Part shown: positions 37,501-50,748 of the stretch, one piece after another | Layout of the letters: every line of letters begins with the position of its first letter | Numbering within the stretch: position 1 is the first letter of the stretch | Source of the DNA: Mustelus asterias | Taxonomy: Eukaryota | DNA length: 64,000 bases | Direction: 5' to 3' | NCBI RefSeq assembly: GCF_964213995.1 | Contig: NC_135804.1 | Span: 69,998,001-70,062,000, forward strand | Made by a program: the position numbers and the translations under genes | Notes under the pieces: model-generated | Databases searched by the model: none | What the model saw: the letters and a program-made list of their open reading frames with translations, nothing else | Told to the model about the DNA's origin: nothing

Positions 37501-39911
37501 CCTGTATTAATATAAACTTCTAAACGTCATTGTATTTACACTAGAAGCATGAAAGTTAACTGGTAGATGCAACAAACAGTTAGAATTCAAATGGAATGAT
37601 GACATTTATTGCAAACGGTTTGGATTACAATAATAAGCATCTTGTTACAATTGCATCAGGCCTTGAGTAAATCACACTTGGAGTACTGTGCACAATTTCA
37701 GTCTCCATTTTAGGTAAAGAAATACTTGCATTGCAGGTGCTACAGCGAACATTCAATCGATGGTCCTTGAGTTGTCCTATAATGGGAAACTGAGTAAATT
37801 AGTCACAAACTCTTTGCACTTTAATAGGATGAGGTGTAATCTAATGGAAGCATTCAAAATTATGAACAGGCTTGACAGGACAGACACTGAGAAGTTGGCC
37901 GAAATCTTCTGATCAATGTCAGAACCATTGTGTTCCACACTGATCTGTCAGAAAACTGCACACTTAACTGGGTAACGCTAAAAAGGGGTCAAATTCTGAT
38001 ACAGGATCCTGAAGGATTCCCTCAGCACAGGAATCCATGCAGAGACTTGTAAGGAGGATCAACACAGAAGACATGGCTCCTTTACGGCATTAGCTGCTGT
38101 ATGGCAATCTAAAGATTCAGAGTGATTAAATGAGTGAGTAAGGGTTATGAGTGCGTGAGTAAGTGAGTGAGGCAGCAGTGGCATTCTCACTGGATTTGCA
38201 ATCCAGAGACTCAGGATAATGCTCTGGGGACCCAGGCTCGAATCACACCAGGACAGATGGTGAAATTTAAATTCAATAAAAATCTGTAATTAAACATCTA
38301 CTGATGACCATGAAATCATTATTGCAAAAACCCACTAACTAAGGAAACCTGCCTGGCCTACATGTGACTGCAGATTGCCACCAATGTGGTTGACTTCGAA
38401 ATGGCCTCGCAAGCCAGTCAGTTCATGGACAGGACCGTCAGTGTACTGTGGAACTCTGTGAAGTCTCTAAACATTCGCCAAGGGTCCCTGCGAGCAGGAG
38501 AGTTTCACATCCGAAGTTGAAACTTCCTGGGCAATTCCCATGTAGGTCCTTACATCAGGACTTTCAAAGGGTCCTGATGAGTACCGCAGTCAGAAATCCA
38601 GTCTCCCATGATCTGGCGACGGAAGATTTTTCCCGCGGTTTCTTCAGGCTGGCAAATTGAGAGCATGAGGGCATGGTCTCAAGATCAAAAGCTGATCATT
38701 TGGGACTGAGGTGGGTGAAATTGCTTCATTCAGAGAGCATTGAATTTTTTGAATTCCCCAGCTCATTCACCATTGTTCAGTACATCTCAGGCTAAGAGAC
38801 AGTACTTTTTGGTGTCTGAAGGAATCATGGGCCATGGGGAGTGAATACAAAAACACATTTGAGGCAGGAGATCATCTCTAAACATATTGAATGGTGGAAC
38901 AGACTTGAGGAGTCGCATTGCCTACTCTTGTTGCTATTTCTTCTGTTTCTTATATGTTCTTACACATCAACTTATATGTCAAGTCCAAGGTAACATATCT
39001 CATAAAGCTCCCTCTGGACTATCTAATCAACTGCTTTCAAGGCAGGTACAGCACAGATTAATTATGACAAAAAAACTCCCTCGACACCAACTCATTAAAC
39101 ATTCCTATAAGTAGTGCAGTGTGATCAGATACAGCGGACGGCACTCTCCACACTTGCAAAACCCTCCGAAACCAGATACAACATGTGTTGGGCACGAAGT
39201 AACTCCCCATAGACACGCACTGCCCCCATCGTAATTACAGTGCCATGTATATGCAATGCAAGGTACAATGCATCCTCTTACTGAATGCAGAGGAAGCTAT
39301 ATTGTTTTTCGTTATTCGAATTCAAAGGATTCCATTGATATTTTGCAACTTATCGTGAATTGCCAGACTTTCTAAAGAGGCAAATAAATAATTATTTGGT
39401 TCCAAATAAAAATAAAATTGCTCAGGTTCGATACTGTTACCGTGATTTTGACATACTTCTATTCAAACAACACTTTTTGCGAATCTTCAGTTTTGCTATA
39501 GTTGATCCACTCCAAATCATGCAGCAACACTTTGTTGACTACTTAATGTCCCAACCTAACAGGGAATATCTTCAATTTTACAGACCACATGAGATCCAAT
39601 AGAAAATAGACTTCTGTGAATGGTGAGAGTTGGGGCCAAAGACTGAACATAAAGAAAACACAAGTAGGAATTGTCACACTCTGAGGAAAGACTCTGGGTC
39701 ATCTGGCAAAACAAAATAGCGCAATATACTCCTGTGGGTGTAACATTGTACTGCCTTGTTCTCAACCCCTGTTACATTCAGTAAAAAAAACTTAACCCAA
39801 TGGTTTTGCATCCGAAAATAGAAAATGGAAGAGCATATTTCTAGTTCTCTCCTCCAAGTTCCTATGCTCTTATGTATTTTTTGAAGTTCATTTATTAGTG
39901 GCACAAGTAGG

Positions 39912-40150
39912 TTTACGGCAATGAAGTTTTTGGTGGATTGCTGTACTGTGAAAATCCCCTAGTCACCACACTCCAGCACCTGTTCGGGTGCACTAAGGGA
40001 AAACATAGCAAGTCTTTTGGACTGTGGGATGAAACCAGAACATGTAGAGAAAACCCACTCAGACACTGGGAGAACGTGCAAACTGCACACAAGCAGTGAC
40101 CGAAGCCGGGAATCGAACCCGAGTCCCTAGTGTTGTGAGCCGGCAATACT
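39912..40150 (-). mobile_element. SINE with HE1-like head and a different tail
   Basis: HE1-like head; its tail recurs on + strand at ~43700-43825. Confidence 0.55.
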
Positions 40151-40271
40151 AGATAACTAAGGTTGGATAAAAGCAGTTGCAACAGATTCCATGGAATGAC
40201 AACATATGCAGTGGAAACACATGCAGCTGCCCTTAGTTGAATGGAGCAGGACACCTCAACTGCCCAGAGCC

Positions 40272-40950
40272 TTTTTTTTATTCATTCGTGGGACATGGGC
40301 ATCGATGGCTGACCAGCATTTATTGTCCATCCCTAGTTGCTCTTGAGAACGTGGTGGTGAGCCACCTTCTTGAATCACTGTAGTCCATGTGCTATGAGTT
40401 GATCCACAATGCTGTTAGGGAGGGAATTCCAGGATTTTGACACAGCGACTGCGAAGGAATGGTATATATTTCCAAGTCAGGACGTTGAGTGGCTTGGAGG
40501 GGAACTTGCAGTTGATGGTGTTCCCATGTATCTGCTGCCCTTGTCCTTTTAGATGGATGCGGTCATGGGTTTGGAGGTGCTGTCGAAAGATCTTTGGTGG
40601 ATTGCTGTCGTGCATCTTGTCGATAGTACACACAGCTGCTACTGAGCATCGTTGGTGGAGGGAGTAGATGTTTGTTGATGTGGTACCAATCAAGCAGGCT
40701 GCTATGGCATGGATGATATCAAGCTTCTTGAGGGTTGTTGGAGCTGCACCCATCCAGGCAAATGGGGAGTATTCCATCACACTCCTGACTTGTGCCTTGT
40801 AAATGGCGGCTAGGCTTTGGGGAGTCAGGAGGTGAGTTACTCGCCTCTGACCTGCTCGTATAGCCACTGTGTTTATGTGGCGAGTCCAGTTGAATCAATG
40901 GTAACCCCAAGGATGTTGACAGTGGGGGATTGAACACCACTGAATGTCAA
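40272..40950 (-). mobile_element. Non-LTR LINE 3' fragment (YKAQVRSVMEYSP family)
   Basis: ORF 40415-40867; A-rich tail. Confidence 0.8.
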
Positions 40951-41133
40951 GGGGCACCCTCCAGCCGCTCACTGCATGGACTGAACAGAAGTTCCGAGGT
41001 AGTGGCATTGGAATCATGGAGCAGGAGCCTGCCGGCCCCGCTCCAGGTGTGAACATTCCCACTCCCTCTCTCTCCAAACCCCGTGCAGCTGCTTGTCAGG
41101 TTATGCAGGCTATTACATACCACAATCACTCAA

Positions 41134-41475
41134 GGGGGCGGCATGGTAGCATAGTGGCTAGCACTGCTGCTTCACAGCTCCAGGGACCTGGTTTCGATTC
41201 CCGGCTTGGGTCACTGTCTGTGTGGAGTTTGCACATTCTCCTTGTGTCTGCATGGGTTTCCTCCGGGTGCTCCAGTTTCCTCCCACAGTCCAAAGATGTG
41301 CGGGTTAGGTTGATTGGCCATGCTAAAATTGCTCCTTAGTGTCCTGAGATGCGTAGGTTAGAGGGATTAGCGGATAAATATGTAGGGATATGGGGGGAGG
41401 GCCTGGGTGGGATTGTGATCAGTGCAGACTCGATGGACCAAATGGCCTCTTTCTGCACTGTAGGGTTTCTATGAA
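41134..41475 (+). mobile_element. HE1-type SINE, full length
   Basis: GGGGCGGCATGGTAGCATAGTGGCTAGCACTGCTGC head to GGGTTTCTATG tail. Confidence 0.85.
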
Positions 41476-41894
41476 ATTCTATGGAATTTGAGGTGGCCAG
41501 TTGAACAGTACGATACAAATTTGCAGCAACAGTCCACCTTGCTTGCTATTATCACTCAAGTTGCATTCGAAGAGGGACTAAGAAAGCACAAGAATATTTC
41601 GAAGATCATCACTAAGGTTGAGCATCAGGGTGAATAATTAAAACATTTTTGATGCTGATGGTTGTGTATATTTCCTGTATTTGATTTTGATACTGGAAAA
41701 TAGTGATTGGTGTTTTTATTGGATTCCTCGTGGAGAAGGAGTTGAAACAATTCAGTGTAATTGGTGGTCTTCTTGAATGATCCCGAGTAATGAAAGGAAA
41801 GGCATGTGGCAACAGTTCTATCGAGTCTAACACTGGAGGATGTCACTTGAAAGTGTTCATCAATAAGATAGTGACAAACACCCCTCTAACTGGC

Positions 41895-43341
41895 AAATGT
41901 GATGCCACTGTTTAAAAAAAGGAGGCAGACAAAAGGAAGGCAACTATAGGCCGGTTAGCTAACTTCTGCAGTCGGGAAAATGCTTGAATCTATCATCAAG
42001 GAAGAAATAGTGAGACATCTGGATATAAATTGTCCCATTGGTAAGATGCAGCATGGCTTCATGAAGGGAAGGTCATGTTTGACTAATTTGGTGGAATTCT
42101 TTGAGAACATTACATGTGCAGTGGACAATGGGGAACCTGTGGATGTGGTGTATCTGGATTTCCAGAAGGCATCTGACAAGGTGCTGCACCAAAAACTGCT
42201 ACATAAGATAAAGATGCACGGTGTTACGGATAATGTATTAACATGGATAGAGGATTGGTTAATGAACAGAAAGCAAAGAGTGGGGGTAAATGGGTGTTTT
42301 TCTGGTTGGCGATCAGTGACTAGTGGTGTGCCTCAGGGATCAGTGTTGGGACCGCAATTGTTTACGATTTACATAGATGATTTGGAGTTGGGGACCAAGC
42401 GTAGTGTGTCAAAATTCGCAGATGACACTAAGATGGGTGGCAGAGCAAAGTGTGCAGAGGATGCTGGAAATCTGCAAAGGGATATAGATAGTCTAAGTGA
42501 GTGGGTGAGGGTCTGGCAGATGGAGTACAATGTTGGTAAATGTGAGATCATCCATTTTGGTTGGAATAACAGCAAAATTGACTATTATTTAAATGGTAAA
42601 AAATTGCAGCATGCTGCTGTGCAGAGGGACCTGGGTGTCCATGTGTAGGAATCTCAGAGGGTTGGTTTGCAGGTGGTTAAGAAGGCAAATGGAATTTTGT
42701 CCTTCATTGCTGGAGGGATGGAGTTTAAAAACAGTGAGAATATGTTGCAGCTGTATAAGGTGCTGGTGGGGCCACACCTGGAGTACTGTGTACAGTTTTG
42801 GTCTCCTTACTTGAGAAAGGATATACTGGCACTGGAGGAGATGCAGAGGAGATTCACTAGGTTGACTCCAGAGTTGAGAGGGTTGGCTTATGAGGAGCGA
42901 CTGAGTAGACTGGAGCTATACTCATTGGAATTCAGAAGAATGAGGGGAGATCTTATAGAAACATATAAGATTATGAAGGGAATAGATAAGATAGAAGCAG
43001 GGAATTTGTTTCCACTGGCGAGTGAAACTAGAACTAGGGGGCATAGCCTCAAAATAAGGGGAAGCAGATTTAGGACTGAGTTGAGGAGGAACTTCTTCAC
43101 ACAAAGGGTTGTCAATCTGTGGAATTCCCTGCCCAGTGAAGCAGTTGAGGCTACCTCATTGAATGTTTTTAAGGCAAGGATAGATAAATTATTGAACAGT
43201 AAAGGAATTAAGGGTTATGGTGAGCGGGTGGGTAAGTGGACCTGAGTCCACAAAAAGATCAGCCATGATCTTATTGAATGGCGGAGCAGGCTCGAGGGGC
43301 CAGATGGCCTACTCCTGCTCCTAGTTCTTATGTTCTTATGT
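41895..43341 (+). mobile_element. CR1 LINE RT, 5'-truncated
   Basis: ORFs 41980-42648 and 42667-43245; (TTCTTATG)n tail. Confidence 0.95.
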
Positions 43342-43439
43342 AAGTATGAATCACCAACCTAAAACCATCTGATTTACCCCCTTGTCTTCCTCCACCTCCT
43401 CTTCTGCCTTTTGACCTGATAACAATGCCACAATTTCCA

Positions 43440-44551
43440 TGGGATCTCTCATGATCATCAGATTATGGAGCATGCAGCCAGTCACTCAAATCTCATGAAC
43501 TACTCGGGAAAGTGCTGCAGAGCAGCACCTGACAGATCCGGACATGTAAACCTCGACTTCAGAACCTCAATGATATTCTTGATAACGGGAAATATTTTGT
43601 ATACGAGTGCCCAGCTGGAGCCTGTGGGTTTCTCAGGGGAGCTATGAGATGTGGCATCAGAGTGGTCTCATAGCTGAATGCACCTAAAACACTGAAAGAC
43701 ATGCTGGTTAGGTGCATTGACCCGTACAAGCGCAGACTGTGGCGACGAGGGGAATTTCACAGTAACTTCATTGCAGTGTTATTGAAAGCCTTACTTGTGA
43801 CTAATAAATAAACTTTAACTTTTAACTTCAGCTAGGCATCAGCATTGCATTCAGGCTGAAAGATCAATGGGAGCGGAAGAACCCTTCCAGTGATAAACGG
43901 GAGGAAGAGCATCCGGCAGAGGGACTTCACTGGAGCATTCTGGGAGCAGCCGGCCCAGCAACATCTCCCAAGAAGTGGGAAATGGAAGAACCCTCCAGTG
44001 ATAAACGGGAGGAAGGGCATCCAGTAGAGGTGGCAGATGGACTTCACTGGAACATTCTGAGCAAATGGAGCAAGGGGCAAAGTGGCAATGTCCAGGGAGT
44101 ACCTTGGCACTGTCCACTGGACATTGGGGCGGTGCTGAGGAGACCTGGGGTGTGGCGTATTGGGGGGCAGGGTATGTGGGATGACAAATTGGTGCTAGCC
44201 CGGAGAGGTCTGGGAGGCCAGCGATGGGGGCATGGGGAGGATTGCAGGGGTAGCATTGTGGGGTTGTGGGGCTGGCCAGCAATCAGGCTAGCCAGCGATT
44301 GGGAGGCCAGCAATGCGGGGCCACTGCGCATGCGCCAATCTCCATTCTGACAGATCGGCACTATGCTGCCGGTCTGTCCAGCGGGAATAGGCCCCATCCA
44401 CAAATTTTTATCGTAATTCATGCTGAGGCACTCTGCAGTGCTCAGTGTGTGGGAGATTCATTTTGAAAATCCCGCTTGAAATACGAGTGGGATTTATTCC
44501 ATGTTTTACGCAAATTCGACAGTTCGAATTTTTTTGGGCAGAATCGCAGCC
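43440..44551. mobile_element. Probable non-autonomous (Harbinger-like) DNA element with internal tandem duplication
   Basis: GC-rich, non-coding; duplicated GAAGAACCC..CCAGTGATAAACGGGAGGAAG..GACTTCACTGG block at ~43876 and ~43986. Termini not firmly resolved. Confidence 0.35.
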
Positions 44552-45104
44552 AGTGACTTTGTGCAATGTTCTACACTGTGATAGTGAGTCAGCAACTTGT
44601 TATACAGCTCTCCCAAAGTTTAGCTTCACATCACATCAATTGAGACATTCAAGAGAGAAATAGATCAACACTTGAATAGAAAAAAATATGCATAGGTATG
44701 GAGAAAAGGCAGGAGAATGGGACTAAATCATAATGCTCGATTGGAAAGTCGGTGAAAACACATGGTCCAAATGGCATCTTTCTGCACCATAACAATACTC
44801 TGATTCTGTGAAATGGTAACTGGTTTTGCCATTCACAGCCAGATCTGGGTGAACTATGTTGAAAAATATTAGGTCCTGCTTCCATCTTCAGAAACTGCCC
44901 ACTTTTGCAGGATCATCCAGACACGCAACAATATCACCACAATTTACTTTCCCTATTGCACACTGTCCTTGTAAATCCCTCTCCCAGTCTCCTCCAAATA
45001 TTAGGATGAGGAGCTCATGGTCATGGAGCTCAGCGGCACAGGCTTGGAGGGCCGAAGAGCCTGTTTCCTGTGCTATACTGTTCTTTGTTCTTTGTCTTCT
45101 TTAT

Positions 45105-46320
45105 CATTGAGGTTGAGCCAATGCCATGTCCCTCCCTTCCACTAATCCATCAGGCCAAACTAACCATAAGGTTCCCCGCTGCCCTATCCCTGAGCTTGCA
45201 TTTTTCTCGTGTTTCTCCTATCTCTCCTAATTTCCTCTTCAAGCTCATCTATTCTATGAGACCCAACTCCTGCTCCCTCAACCCTATGTCCACTAAACAA
45301 AGGTGCCTTTCATTCCTCACTTACATGTTATTCACACTTTTAACAGTAACCTTTTCTCAGCTGTTGTTCTTCTATTCAAATCTGCCAACATTAAACATCT
45401 TCTCAAATCAAAACTTTTGACCCCCCACAACCTTGCAAACACATGTCTCACATTTGTCCTGCCTTTCATCTCCAAACTCCTTCAACATATCCATGCCCAT
45501 CTTTCCCAAAAGCCAATATTCAGGTCTTCCAAAAAGGTTCCCATCCCATACCACAATACAAAAACAACTCTTCTTAAAATCACAAATGACATATTGATGA
45601 CTGTAACAAAGGTAAATGATCCCTCTTCAGCCTGTCTGCAGCCTCTGATATAGCTAATCACATCATGTCCCACCAAAGTCTCTCCACATCATTCAGCTTG
45701 GGGGACTGCTCTCAGCTCAGTCCTTAGCTATTTAATCACAGCCAGAGAATTGGCATCAATGGCTTCTCTTCCCACTCCTAGACCATACCTCTAGTGTCTC
45801 CCATGAATGGGTCATCTGTCTTGTCTTATATCCTAACTGCATGATACCACTCAGTGACATAATATAAAAACATAAGGTCAGTTTCTACATGTATATTTAC
45901 CATGTCAAGCTCTACCACACTGCCACCTCTTTTTATCAGTCCACTGTGACTGTACTATCAGACTGCTTGTCTGATATCCAGAATCGGATGATCAGAAATT
46001 TGCTCCTATGAAACATTGGGAAGATTGAAGACAATGTCTTCTAATCTACCACAAATTTCTTTCCCTCTTGAGTGACTCCATCCCTCTTTCTAACAACAGT
46101 CCAAGAGTGAACCAGACTGTTCACAGCTTTGTTGTCATATCTGACATATCAGCTGTATATCTGTGCTGTCACTAGAACCACATATTTCTTTTGTAATATT
46201 GCTCGACTCCAGCTCTGCTTCAAATCTTCGGCTGTGTAAAACCTTATTCACTTAACTATTCTAATGCACTCTTGGCTAGCTTCCCACAATCTATCTTACA
46301 AAGTTATCAGTGAATTCCTT
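45105..46320 (+). mobile_element. Degraded L2 LINE RT
   Basis: LPFISKLLQ and HNTKTTLLKITNDI motifs. Confidence 0.7.
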
Positions 46321-46363
46321 GTTGCACTGAAAACATTTGATCCCATTACTTTATCAATAAACC

Positions 46364-46651
46364 TGTGGCGCGTCTGATAAATAGACAAGGCTGATGTTGC
46401 CAGGAACAGAAGGCTTTTATTCGCTAAAAAGGAACGATGTGGAACAGACAATAAACAGAACAATACTGAGCATGTGGACCTCCCGACTGAGGCCGGAGGG
46501 GGAGGGCTGCAGCCTTTATACCCTGAGGGCGGAGCCTCCAGTTAAAGGTGCAGCCGAATTAAAGGTGTCAGGGAGTGTCTCATATACGAACAGTAGTGGC
46601 ACCAATATATACAGCTCAACCATGCCGAAGGCACAACACTGCTTTACCACA
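46364..46651 (-). mobile_element. Solo LTR (288 bp)
   Basis: TGTGG...CCACA termini, 5-bp TSD AAACC, minus-strand TATAAA and AATAAA. Confidence 0.85.
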
Positions 46652-46879
46652 AAACCTCAATTCTTTTTGAGTGAGCAGTTAATTTATTTAAGTGTATGGC
46701 CCCTTTAAGTATTTTTCTGCAGTTGCACATATATGGTAAATTAAAGGAGCTGACTTGTGAACAGATTGCATTGGACTTTCAGGTTGCTACATAGCTCCTC
46801 AATTTACAGAGAATGTTGGATATTGTCCTCCTGTACTGCCTACTATTTTTCAAATTATGCCTGCATACCCAAATCCAGA

Positions 46880-47205
46880 TGTGGAAATGTTGGCGTTGGA
46901 CTGGGGTAAACATAGTAAGGAGTCGAACAACACCAGGTTAAAGTCCAACAGGTTTATTTGGTAGCAAACGCCACTAGCTTTCAGAGCACTGCTCCTTCGT
47001 CAGATGGAGTGGTAATCTGCTCTCAAACAGGGCACAGAGACACAAAACAGTTAAAATGTCTCTATGATTTGTGTCTCTGTGCCCTGTTTGAGAGCAGTTT
47101 TCCACTCCATCTGACGAAGGAGCTGCGCTCCGAAAGCGAGTGGCGTTTGCTACCAAATAAACCTGTTGGACTTTAACCTGGTGTTGTTAGATTTCTTACT
47201 GTGTT
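46880..47205. mobile_element. Fold-back Penelope derivative with hammerhead motifs
   Basis: Inverted arms; CTGACGA..GAAA at 47111; TSD TACCCAAATCCAG. Confidence 0.85.
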
Positions 47206-47619
47206 TACCCAAATCCAGGTCATTAGAACACATCAAAAACAGCCAAGACCTTAGTACCATCCTTGAGCGGACACCACTTTGTACTTGAACATAACCACTC
47301 TCTGCTTTTTGATCAATTTTGTATCCACACTTACCCTTTAATCCCATGTATATATGTAATGTGAACTATGGTACCCTTATCAACCCCCTTCATCAAATTA
47401 ATGAGACACAATTTACCTTAGACAAATCTGTGCTTTTCATCATGTGTTAAACCACACTTTTCCAACTTTGGCTCAGGTTATGGTCGCTTAATGATTCTCT
47501 TCCCACTAGCTGATTTTTCTACTTTAAGGAGTGCCAACATTTATGTATGACATTATCTTGTTATCTATTTATTTCCTAGCCAATTTCTCTACTATCTCCA
47601 CCTGCATTGGAACATTGGC

Positions 47620-48110
47620 AGCATCCTGTTCTTCAGTGGAAACAAAGCTGAAACATTTGCAGATACCTTCAGCCAGAAATTCCAATTGAATGATCCATCT
47701 TGGCCTCCTCCTGAGGTTCCCACAATCACAGTGTCTGCCTCAACTAACTCAGTTCACCCAACATATCAAGAAATTACTGTGAACATTGGATTTAGCTTTT
47801 CTTTAAAAACATGCTCACGAGGGCCCTGACAACATCTCAACAGTAGCACTGGAGACCTGTGCCAAACCAGTCAAACTGTTCCCATAGTCAAGATGTTCCC
47901 ATAAAGCTGGGATGCTGGCATCTACCTGCCAATGTGGAACATTGACCAGGTCAGTCCTGCCCACAAGCAGAAAAACACAAATCATTCAATTATAGCCCCA
48001 TCAAAAATATTCTTGACTATCAAGAAGGTAATGGAACCTGTCTTCAACAGTACTATTGAATTCCAAATACTCAGCAATAACCTACTCACAGATGCCCAAT
48101 TTGTGTTCAT
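47620..48110 (+). mobile_element. Degraded LINE RT fragment
   Basis: GPDNI, WNIDQVSPAHK, NNLLTDAQF motifs. Confidence 0.55.
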
Positions 48111-48247
48111 ATGAATTAATTCACCGTTTCCGATGTCTTGTGCCCTGGCTCTGTGGATTTGAAAAGTCAGTTACTCATTCGTCACTGTTTATACCAGATT
48201 TCCCATAGCAAATCCTTGTTTCTGGGATTAACATCCCAGCAAGGAGC

Positions 48248-49777
48248 AAAACAAGAGATGAAATCGCTGGGCCTCTGATGCAAATCTTTGTCTCGTCACT
48301 GGACACAGGTGAGGTCCCAGAGGATTGGAGGATAGTTAATGTGGTCCCATTATTTAAGAAGGGTAGGAAGGATAACCCGGGTAATTATAGGCCGGTGAGC
48401 TTGACGTCCGTCGTGGGGAAGTTGTTGGAGAAGATTCTTAGAGATAGGATGTATGCGCATTTAGAAAGGAATAAACTCATTAACGATAGTCAGCATGGTT
48501 TTGTGAGAGGGAGGTCATGCCTCACTAACCTGGTGGAGTTTTTTGAAGAAGTGACCAAAATGGTTGACGAGGGAAGGGCCATGGATGTCGTCTATATGGA
48601 CTTTAGTAAAGCGTTTGACAAAGTCCCTCATGGTAAGCTGGTGAAAAAGGTTGGATCTCATGGGATAAAGGGGGAGGTGGCTAGATGGGTGGAGAACTGG
48701 CTTGGCCACAGAAGACAGAGGGTGGTAGTGGAAGGGTCTTTTTCCGGCTGGAGGCCTGTGACTAGTGGTGTTCCGCAGGGCTCTGTATTGGGACCTCTGC
48801 TGTTTGTGATTCATATAAATGATCTGGAAGAAGGTGTAACTGGGGTGATCAGTAAGTTTGCGGACAACACAAAATTGGCAGGACTTGCAGATAGTGAGGA
48901 GCATTGTCAGAAGCTACAGAAGGATATAGATAGGCTGGAAATTTGGGCAAAGAAATGGCAGATGGAGTTCAATCCTGATAAATGCGAAGTGATGCATTTT
49001 GGTAGAAAGAATGTCGGGAGGAGCTATATGATAAATGGCAGAACCATAAAGGGTGTAGATATGCAGAGGGACCTGGGTGTGCAAGTCCACAGATCCTTGA
49101 AAGTGACGTCACAGGTGGAGAAGGTGGTGAAGAAGGCATATGGCATGCTTGCCTTTATAGGACGGAGCATAGAGTATAAAAATTGGGGTCTGATGTTGCA
49201 GATGTATAGAACGTTGGTTCGGCCGCATCTGGAATACTGCATCCAGTTCTGGTCGCCACACTACCAGAAGGACGTGGAGGCTTTGGAGAGAGTACAGAGG
49301 AGGTTTACCAGGATGTTGCCTGGTATGGAGGGGCTTAGTTATGAGGAGAGATTGGGTAAACTGGGGTTGTTCTCCCTGGAAAGACGGAGGATGAGGGGAG
49401 ACTTAATAGAGGTGTATAAAATTATGAAAGGCATGGATAGGGTGAACGTTGGGAAGCTTTTCCCCAGGTCGGTGGTGACGTTCACTAGGGGTCATAGGTT
49501 CAAGGTGAAGGGGAGGAGGTTTAACACAGATATCAGACGGACATATTTTACACAGAGGGTGGTGGGGGCCTGGAATGCGCTGCCAGGCAAGGTGGTGGAG
49601 GCGGACACACTGGGAACGTTTAAGACTTATCTAGACAGCCATATGAACGGAGTGGGAATGGAGGGATACAAAAGAATGGTCTAGTTTGGACCAGGGAGCG
49701 GCGCGGGCTTGGAGGGCCGAAGGGCCTGTTCCTGTGCTGTATTGTTCTTTGTTCTTTGTTCTTTTGTCTTTGTTCTT
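48248..49777 (+). mobile_element. Young CR1, 5'-truncated, RT frame open to its stop
   Basis: 468-aa ORF 48278-49684; (TGTTCTT)n tail; nearly identical to 62165-64000. Confidence 0.95.
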
Positions 49778-50065
49778 TAAAATGGATTCACCTAAAGAAC
49801 CTAAAAATTTTGTAATTTCAAATTTCTGTAAAAATATAAATACATCTTCAGATGTTAACAAACAAGAGTTAATCTTCTGCTAGTTTGCAAAGGGGTGGAG
49901 TAAAGATTGACATCATTACATCACCACCCTTCTTTTGATTTACTCTAACAAGAACACAGTCCGGGACTAAATCTTAATTAACAATCTGTCCTTTTGCTCA
50001 GTATCCAATCTCAAAATGTTCCTTTTTCACTGTGCCAATTGTGTCAGGAATAACCAAAATGAATT

Positions 50066-50388
50066 CATAGAATTATAGAATCCCTACAGTGCAGAAGGAG
50101 GCCAATTGACCCATCGAGATTGCAGCGACCACAGTTCCACCCAGGCCCTATCTCCGTAACCCCATGTATTTACCCTAGCTAATCCCCCTGACACTAAGGG
50201 GAAAATACACAGGCCAATCAACCTAACCCACACACCTTTGGAGTATGGGAGGAAACCGGAGCACCCGGAGGAAACCCAAGCAGACTTGGGGAGAACGTGC
50301 AAATTCCACACGGACAGTCACCCAAGGCCGGAATTGAATCACGGTCCGTGGCGCTGTGAGGCAACAGTGCTAACCACTGTGCTGCTGT
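50066..50388 (-). mobile_element. HE1-type SINE
   Basis: Head and tail match. Confidence 0.8.
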
Positions 50389-50748
50389 GAATTATGTCAA
50401 TGCTTCTTATGTTCTATTTGTATACTTCCAATATGCCTGTAATTTAAATTGAAGACAAGGTCAATTCCCCAGAAAGCCCAAAACAAAGAAAACTGTGAAC
50501 ATCCACAATATTAAACACAGATTCTCACAGCTCATAAATTTCAAAATTAATTCTCAGTATTCTCTTGCAGCTATAATATCTGGAAGAGACCGAGCACTAC
50601 AAACTCACAACCCCTTCATTATAATTAAAATAACAAAGATCCTCCATTCTCCTTCATTACAACTTAACTTATTCCAATGTCTGATTTCATAGGCATCACC
50701 TATACTTTGTTGATTGAAAAGTTCAAACGCATTCCAACCCAAACATAT

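Larger units (their letters stand above)
30255..38960 (+). mobile_element. Old, near-full-length CR1 scaffold with many nested insertions
   Basis: ORF1 esterase remnants (IGDSIV, VIISGLL), ORF2 pieces at ~31500-32930, 35655-35935, 37510-37895 and 3' tail at ~38950. Confidence 0.6.

Noticed and set aside
41134-41215. tRNA gene
   Set aside because: tRNA-like A/B boxes are SINE heads with no full cloverleaf.
46958-47176. Similar ORFs on both strands (MVANAT..)
   Set aside because: A consequence of the Penelope palindrome.
48278-49684. Functional reverse transcriptase gene
   Set aside because: 5'-truncated CR1 copy with the catalytic FADD changed to FADN.
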